From: Pavona decussata
Taxonomy: Eukaryota
Assembly: GCA_977016875.1 (NCBI GenBank)
Contig: CDRNST010000122.1
Span: 3,596,001-3,660,000, forward strand
Direction: 5' to 3'
Length of the DNA stretch: 64,000 nt
In this document: positions 51,035 to 64,000 of the stretch, one piece after another
Position numbering within the stretch: position 1 is the stretch's first letter
How the letters are laid out: each line of letters starts with the position of its first letter
Notes under the pieces: generated by a model
The model's input: the letters and a program-made list of their open reading frames with translations, nothing else
Databases searched by the model: none
What the model was told of the DNA's origin: nothing
Translations under genes and position numbers: made by a program

Positions 51035-53770
51035 TTATTCGCCAATTCTGTAAGCTCCAAAGAATGAGTGAGCACGTGACACCCACAGGTTGCTCTCATA
51101 ATGCGTTTTTAAGCTGATGTAATCGCCTTCATGTAGATGAATTACTCCAGCCGTGAATAAAGTGCCATAGCCAGCGCTTCCTCCTAGCCCTGCTTGCATC
51201 AAGCCGAATGCAGCCCCGTTTACAGACAGAGCGACGCGGTTTTGGGCTGCACTGCTGTGGGGTTGGAAAAACACCTGGGCGTAGATGTAATAGAAACCGC
51301 ACTTCTGTACTTTGAGCCGACCATTCTCATGAGTGAAACCTTGCATTGCTTTGTCGGCTTGAAACTCTGTGATTTCTGGGGAAACGAAATAATGTATGGA
51401 AGAAATATTACTCTTTTAATTTAAAGTGTTCATCTGTCCAAATATTATTGGTTCTATATATCACGTCAAAGAAACATAATATATTTCCGTAAATCCCAAA
51501 TTGTGCCGTGCCCATTCGGAAATGGCTATTTTTTAGGAATTCAATGTACAGAGACAGAAGTACATTTACATTGTACAACTCGTGGGTTTTCTTTGGAATG
51601 GATGGCAACGGCAATGGTATGGCAATATAGTACTGTCTCTGGTAATGACAAATCTACCAGCACAATGTTTTGGCATACTTCAACCCTGCAAAAAAAGACC
51701 AGTGTTAAAATGTGTAAAGCACAGTTGTAGTTTTCCCCCGTGGTATATTGTCAGGTTTAATTTAGCTATTACTAAAATATTTTGTTTTAAAAACTGTCAT
51801 GATTTGTCATAAGTTTTAAAAAAAATAGAAGGTACAGTGAAGTACTCATCAAACGAAGCCAGAGGATTATGATTAGGAGCCTCTATGTTTATTAAAACCT
51901 TGAGTCAACTGCCTTTCAAGAGTAGATTTATTTTGAACTCCAAGGCTTAGTGTGAGGGATAGACGCTCCTGAAGTAGGCCAATAATTAATTCTTTCAGTG
52001 TGGCTGCGAGACTGCCATAAATCAATTAATAGTTACCTGTATTTGCTTGGTAAACGCGATTTGTGCTTTAAGTCCCAGACAGCTGTCCTAAGATAATCTG
52101 GAGGTAAAAAGTTAAGAGTTTATTTCCTAATGTAATAGACAACTTGTTTCTCTGATCTCTGAAATTTCACATTTTGTAGATTCCCTTACCCTGATTCCCT
52201 GATCTAAAATCTATGAGTACTCAAAATTGCTACCAGTCACGACCAAGACGAAGAAGAAAGACAATGGATAAGACGCTCCTTCTTACGGTCCCCTCCTCAA
52301 GCCTTCCCCCCCCCCCCCCCACCCCCCCAAAAAAAAAAGAAAGAAAGATAAAGAAAAGAAATAAAGAAGGAAACACAGAAAGAGCAGAAAAGATTAAGCG
52401 TTGATGAAGGGAAGGAGTTCAAAAACTATTTAGTTCATAGGATTCTGGACTGCTCTATTTTTGGCAAGATAAATTGTGTAACACATGACCTACTGGTGAT
52501 TCTTTGTTACGTTTGCATCAATCAACTATGTAAATTCAACCGACGTGCCTCAATACATGTACAGGTTACTACTATACTAAGGTATAGATATAGGTCACGG
52601 GGTCATCAAAAATATCTGAAGCCATTAATGCGATCTACTAAAACCTTTATGATTCATTTGACAAACATGAGGAAATGAAACCAGGCGTGCTTTAGTCGTT
52701 TAATACGAAAACTTTGATATTTTGTTTGTTTTATCCCACGGGAAAGTCATTCAGATAGTTTGCATGAACAGGCAACGATAACCGGCGTGGAACAAATCTA
52801 AAAATTTGGAAGGGGTGTTTGATCACATGAGGTGATCTATGCGGATAGGTCCTCTCAAATCTGTACGTCTCGTTCAATTCTTAAGAATAACTGGCCGGCC
52901 ACACATGCACAAACCTAGACCGACTTCAACAGGCTTGAGTGTCAGCACAGTTAGCCATTCTCATACTTTGTTTTGATCGGTGTATCGTACGTTATGCCAG
53001 TTGTTCATGAGATTTGTCGGCCGATTGATATCAGCATTCTTCCTCACCCAGATGTTTGTTATCTTAGGGAACCGATCTCTTTTGAAGCTAAATATTAATA
53101 AGCATTTTGTTCTCCGGGCATTATTAGTATTATTTATCTCAAAGGCCGTTATGTTCCATCCCCTTCAAACAACCTTTCTGCGAGACTGGATATTGTTTGT
53201 TGATGATACTGTCACGAACATGATCTTAGTGATTTCAAGTCGCAATTTTCTGAGTAGTTTTTGCGCTCTTCAGTAGTTGTTGTTCGTTGTTGTCGAGTTA
53301 TCTATAGTCGAGAAAAACGAGCGCCAGAACGTCATTACGAATTTTCATTTTGTTTTTCTATCATCGTCAACGATTCGAGATTTATTTGTACTTCGTCCAA
53401 GCTGATCGATTCAGTAAAGCATTATTTGTTCGAGCCAAACAATTATCTTAATGCAATGTGTATGGAAGATACAGTTAGAAAAATGAACTAAAAATGCAAA
53501 GAGATAAAATTCAACCAGTTATGAAGTAGCAAGCTGCCATGAACAACACTGATCCTGAAGCCATCCGTTAGATCAGCTTAGCTTTATTTTTTTTCGCAGA
53601 CTGAAAATTATTACTCAACTTATTCAACTTACTCTATCTTACGGAATATAGACTAAGAACAAAATGGTTGAAAGTCCTGCCTTTGGGGTGTAATAGACAG
53701 TATACCACTGGCTTACCGATGCACGTGATACTTCAACCAAGAGTAAGAGAAAAACAGTTTGTCGCAGCAT
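51035..53770 (-). pseudogene. TNF-superfamily ligand with a signal peptide; in-frame TAA in exon 2 (pseudogene, null allele or sequencing error)
   Basis: Exons 53717-53770 (MLRQTVFLLLLVEVSRAS), 52037-52097 (IILGQLSGT*STNRVYQANT) and 51035-51375 (EITEF..GRLKVQKCGFYYIYAQVFF..GTLFTAGVIHLHEGDYISL..SFFGAYRIGE*); phases 0 and 1 fit. The TNF homology domain is clear; the upstream exons are inferred. Confidence 0.7.
52810..53270 (-). pseudogene. Decayed GT31 (beta-1,3-galactosyltransferase-like) relic in TNF intron 1
   Basis: IMFVTVSSTNNIQSRRKVV*RGW...KCLLIFSF...NADINRPTNLMNNWHNV...KV*EW follows the GT31 motif order LV.S...RR.AIR.TW / VF..G / DI...D.Y.NL / K...W; several stops. Confidence 0.4.
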
Positions 53771-54292
53771 GATTCGGGCTGAGGGTTTCGAAGCCACAAT
53801 GATGAAACGGTATACCTTTTGACTTGCTTGCAGGATTAGAAGTGTGAACTAGCAATGTGCAAGGGCACTTTAACGCCAGAAATTTGATTGGTTTAAATGC
53901 TTAAATGACAACACGTAGCAAATTCCCTGCAAAAGTGGATTTGGCCCAATGCCACGTGCATGGGAGTTTACCCGTCGAGTTTTATTAACCGTTTTAATTT
54001 ACACTTCAAATACCTGCTCACCTTAATCAGTGCATTGGGAAAAAACAGTTACAGCTACAGCTGCACTTCTGAGCTCAATTGTTCAAACCCTGGTTAAGTG
54101 ATGTAATCCTAGGTTAACATGAACTTTGATTCACGCTTAATAACTAGGTTTTTGTTCCTCAGTTTTTACTTAGGCTTTTAAAAACAGTTTTATTGAGCAA
54201 GATAAAAACCTTGATTTATTTTTATTCAGGGATTAGTGTTAAGCGGCTTTTGAACAACCAGGAGAATGATGTATCAGTGAGTACACAGCCTC

Positions 54293-54425
54293 ACAGAGGC
54301 ATACTCGGAAAAAGGAAATCCGAGTTTTCCCAATAGGAGTCGAACCATCTGATTATTAGTTTGAATGTCCTACCACTGAGCTCGTGGGAGCTAGGCCATT
54401 AAACTAGGTTCTTGTAACAGACATC
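54293..54425 (-). mobile_element. tRNA-derived SINE fragment
   Basis: Reverse complement contains the A-box-like AGCTCAGTGGTAG, the B-box GGTTCGACTCC and an ACTCGGATTT..CCGAGTATGCCT tail. Confidence 0.7.
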
Positions 54426-54435
54426 TGTTCTTCTG

Positions 54436-54579
54436 AAAATGACGTATTATTAAGTGACACAGGCATACTCGGAAAAAAATCGGATTTTTTTTCGAGTATG
54501 CCTGTGTCACTTACTGAATGATACATCATTTTCATTTGTTTATCAGGCTTAAAATATTAATTTCCATCACATTTATTTC
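54436..54579. mobile_element. Fold-back SINE-tail insert flanked by a 14-bp direct repeat
   Basis: CATCTGTTCTTCTG at 54422-54435 and 54580-54593; near-perfect hairpin at 54451-54513. Confidence 0.6.
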
Positions 54580-54658
54580 CATCTGTTCTTCTGTTGGTTT
54601 CAGTCTCACGGCCATCCCGCGGGACACCCCGTAACGTACACTGTGTTTAACGTTGCAG

Positions 54659-60048
<5,390 letters not shown>

Positions 60049-60165
60049 GAGTGGATACTTTTGATGTTATGTAGAGTACATGTATTAATTAACAATAATG
60101 AAGTAACATAAAATATGTCAACGTTTCTGTTATGTTTCGAACAATTGTCCATACACCATGAGCCT

Positions 60166-60359
60166 TGTGGAGTTACAGAAAATATCCATACTTGCCATGG
60201 ATGGTCTATTGGAAATTCTAAAGGGCAGGGCTGTCAAAAGTCTATATTTAAGGAAAGTTTGAAATCAGATAATTGGAATTTCCAGAAGACTTGGAAGGGA
60301 CGGAGGGAGTCCAAAAAACCTTCCATGGTTGAGGTATGGATTATTTCTGGAAGAACACA
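60166..60359. mobile_element. MITE with TGT..ACA termini
   Basis: TGTGGAGTTACAGAAAATATCCATAC / GTATGGATTATTTCTGGAAGAACACA. Confidence 0.6.
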
Positions 60360-63300
60360 ATGGTGAGACGTGACACTGATTCTCGATCTATGGCCAGAAC
60401 TTTATTTGTGGCAGTTCCCTGAACTTGGGCTCCTCTTTTCCAGAGGACGTTTGAATAAGTGAATATCATTAAAACCAAATGGTCTTCCTAAAAGCCGTGT
60501 GGAAATAAAAAAAAAAGAGCAAAGGTTTCTGTGAGCCTCCTCACGGATTGATATGTAGTAGAGAAGATAAGACTGTGTGGTTGTATATTGCATTTGGTCA
60601 TATTTTTGGTGTATTTGCTCATGTCACTGATACTATGAATTACGTCACCATTGATCACGGCGCGATTTTTCAGCAAGCTTACAATGTAGTTCACTGAATT
60701 AGCAATCGGCAATAAACAACTGCTGTACAAGAGGATTAAAAAAGTGACACTCCTTTGGTCAAGAATACTTAGAAAATGTTTAATTTGTGGTGGTTACATT
60801 GTAAAATGTACTGGCTGCGAATTTAGAATTGCCCAAAATATCAGTAAACATGAAGTAAACTTTGTGAAATTTTCCGCAAATTAGACTTGATGCCCCACGA
60901 TGTCACATAGATAAATTATCATTTTCTCTCGAGTTTGGGTTTGTTTACATAAGATCGCGTAGGTACGACGTTTCATGAATGTAAATACACAGGAAAACAG
61001 ACAAAAAGCTTCCCTTAATGAAAAATTTATTCAGTGTTTACGTCTGAAAATCGAACGCGTACAATTTTCACATTCGAGAGAGCAACAAGCATTGATGCGA
61101 ATTTATTGACCCAAGCTGAACAAGTTTATCAGTCAAACATTTCGCGAATGCTATAAGGAATAAGCAGAATCGGCCGATTACATGAAATAGTACTGCAGCA
61201 AAAATTCGCAATGTAATTTATTGGTGGGGTGGATTCCCAGAATCGCTCGAACATTTCGGAGAAAATTCGCGGCGCCTCTACACCACAATCCGTGAATCTC
61301 AGCCCCCACATTACCTGATAGATTACATCATCCATGAGGTCGAAACTACTTGAAACAAGTTAATGAAGCTATACTCAAACTACTCTACTGTACATGTATT
61401 TACTAAAAAATATATATATACTTTTAGAACCGAGCTCCTTGTGACATGGCGTGTTGATATATATTTTTCGCGCGCTTTTTAAATGGCTCGGGCTCAGTCC
61501 CTACAGCCGTCCCTGCCTCGATGCGCCCGCGATTCTCCCCGCGGTTGGAGACTGAGCCTATTTAATCAACAGGAGTTCGAGAAAATATCTAGTTTTAATC
61601 TGGAAACCAGCAAGTGTGTCACAGAAGAACTACTTGACTTGGTAAGTACAGAAGTGTATCAAAATAATATAACCAATGTAGTTACATACAGGTTTTACCA
61701 AATCAGTAACATTACGTCCTACCCTGCTACCAGAAATTATCGCTCGTTTTAATCATTTAATGTGTTTAAAATATACGCAAATTGAGGGGTAACTTGATTT
61801 GACGGAAAGGAAATAAACGAAAGCTCTAAATACCCAAATTAACTAGCAATTTGAAGCCAGGGCGTATGTTATGATTCCAAAGTCATTTCGTCCCAAAGAC
61901 ATCAAAACGAATGCCGAGGATTAAAATTCCGATGTTTTGGAGGAACCCCAAAATTGACCTGATCAGGCAAATTTACTTGTTGAACCTTGCGTAGGAAAAC
62001 GAATCTGACCTTTTTTGTGATTGGTTGAAAAATTGTACACCGGAAACAGTTCTTTTGTGATTGGTAGTTATTTTTTCCTCAGACTTCCGGACCGTTTTCC
62101 ATTACTTTGGCAAAAACTTTCGATTTGAAATTCCGGGAACTGTTTATGTCAAGTCGAAAGGGAATTCGCCATCTAGCAGAAAGAAAGAGCTACGTTGTGA
62201 GTTTCAAAATTACGACGTCATTGGTAGATAGCAAACGTACTTGATGGGGCAAGAAACAAAGCGCCAATTGAAATTTTTGTGAAATGAAATGATAATTTCT
62301 AGGAACGAAAGTGGAATAGGTCGGAAAGCACCGCCTGAAAAATTTGCTGAATATCGGCGCAAACCAGTTGAATTTAAAGTGTTCTCGCCGGAAATTTTTG
62401 CATAGTGGAAAGCGCCCCCCAGTAAGCATTTGTTGGGTAAAGGAACGATTGGCATGGATATTGTTTTTTCGGTTTCTTTTTTGGCTGAAGCTCAAAAGAA
62501 TGTCAAGCATAAATCTCTAAAGGCAGAGCAAGTAGAATACGTAAGATGTATTATAATTTGTTTTCGGGAAGATGTACTAGCTGCTCTTCCTACGGGTTTG
62601 TGATATAGTTGGATAAATAAAGTCCTTGCAAAGTTGTTGGAGAGCTTGGATCGGATGGAAACAAATCGAGCGAAAATGTTTGTCGATCGTGTTTAGGATA
62701 GGCTTTTGCACGTTGCGTTTTTGCTTCCCCCGTAAAAGGCTTCATTTTCCAGGTGATTTCCCCACTAAGATATACGGTCTACCTACTGAAAAGTCACTTC
62801 ATAAAAATGCTTGGACATTGCTCATTATCCTAATAATAGTACCATTTAATAACGAAGAAAGTGATATCTTTATTGAGCGAGAGAGGCACTTTTTACATCT
62901 TGTTAACTCTAACAACAGCGCACAAGTGGAATGACAACAACGTATCGAGTTATCGAAACATGAACATCTGATTCTTCAAACTAATACACTAACCTCTCTT
63001 CATTCTTCACTCTCGGAAAAAATAATTCCAAAAATTAAAAATTGTATTGTAAGCTTTTGTTTGTTCAACTGATGTTACGCTCTTTTGGCGGTGCTCGGCC
63101 TGATTAAAATTAACAACAGACATTCTAAATGCACAAATTTTTTTATTTCCCGTTAGATTGAATTGGCCGAACCGCGCACTGGACATGTTGCGGCAAGCGT
63201 TTACGTTCTTCCTCCTGTTTGGAGCAATACAAGCATGGGTAAGAATCTCCAAACCTAGAATTTTTTTGTACTATCAGTATTATTTTTTAATTTTGCGACC

Positions 63301-63769
63301 ATAAATCATCTAATAAATGCTCAGGGCATTTATATTTGGATTCTAAAGTTTTACAGGGGGCGTTTTTGACAGAAATGCGTTTATTAAGCTTCCTCGGACA
63401 TGTCGGAGTGGTGTTGGTGTGTTGAACAGAAATGTTTCAAAACTCCGATCATTTCACAGTTTAAACTGAAGAATGCCAGTGCGATTAACCGTCAGAAGTG
63501 ATCATTTTGAAGATTCTCAACAAAGGGAGCGTTAAATAATGCTTTTTAAAAGGCAGGATGTTTTTCAAAAGCTAAAGTTTAAGTTTACCTCATCCTTAGG
63601 GCATGAAAGCTGAGAGCGGCTGTATTGACTTGTCTGGTATTTTAATAGGTATATTTTTCTGCACCATCGGTACTCATCGAGATTCTGCTAAGTTCCATGC
63701 AATATTTCTTTACACTTTTTTCTTTTTTTATAGCTGTGAGACTGAGTTCATGCTTAACAGTTTTAGGTC

Positions 63770-63853
63770 CATTCTCGACTCCAGAACTCTTCCCTTTTGC
63801 GCATGACTGACGCATGACGTAGTCAAAGCCGAGCGGCTCTGGGGTCGAGAATG
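63770..63853. mobile_element. 84-bp MITE with an 8-9-bp TSD
   Basis: CATTCTCGACTCCAGA ... TCTGGGGTCGAGAATG flanked by TTTTAGGT(C) / TTTTAGGT(G). Confidence 0.75.
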
Positions 63854-64000
63854 TTTTAGGTGAATATCGTACCCAGAGTCCTCAGACTCTTTGGCCAGCG
63901 ATTGTACGAGATTGATGGAGAACTGGAATTCTATTACCGGAAGATTTCTGCGGTAAAACAATGCAAGCTGTTATGGGGCAGCCAATAAAAAAAATTGAGT

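Noticed and set aside
51658-51685. 28-bp AG/GT-bounded candidate exon that might bypass the TNF stop
   Set aside because: No phase combination joins it in frame to the final TNF exon without a stop.
54300-54400. tRNA gene
   Set aside because: A and B boxes are present, but there is no complete cloverleaf and it continues into a SINE body.

Overview
AT-rich, intron-rich animal DNA, probably a stony coral or other anthozoan (inferred from the SINE/MITE families and gene style, not proven). All gene models were spliced and translated by hand. Left to right: (1) the last three coding exons of MAU2 (+); (2) GATAD2/p66 of the NuRD complex (+, 757 aa, almost all in one 2.1-kb exon), in the same order and orientation as human MAU2-GATAD2A; (3) four genes with intronless CDSs on the - strand: an orphan 226-aa coiled-coil protein and three tandem paralogous 110-115-aa proteins that share a duplicated helical motif and a C-terminal N[TS]Y[AV]W motif and match no family I recognise; (4) two tandem 7-exon paralogues encoding signal peptide + 3 Ig domains + GPI-type tail, with a Trp-less D1, a 6-Cys D3 and ISRE-like sites in intron 1; (5) a 3-exon TNF-ligand gene with a signal peptide instead of a TM/stalk and an in-frame TAA in exon 2, with a decayed GT31-like relic in intron 1; (6) AK6 (+, 175 aa), head-to-head with the TNF gene. 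Many MITEs, SINEs, LINE tails and microsatellites are present, several nested. The best candidates for an undescribed system are the microprotein triplet and the Ig-Ig-TNF block.
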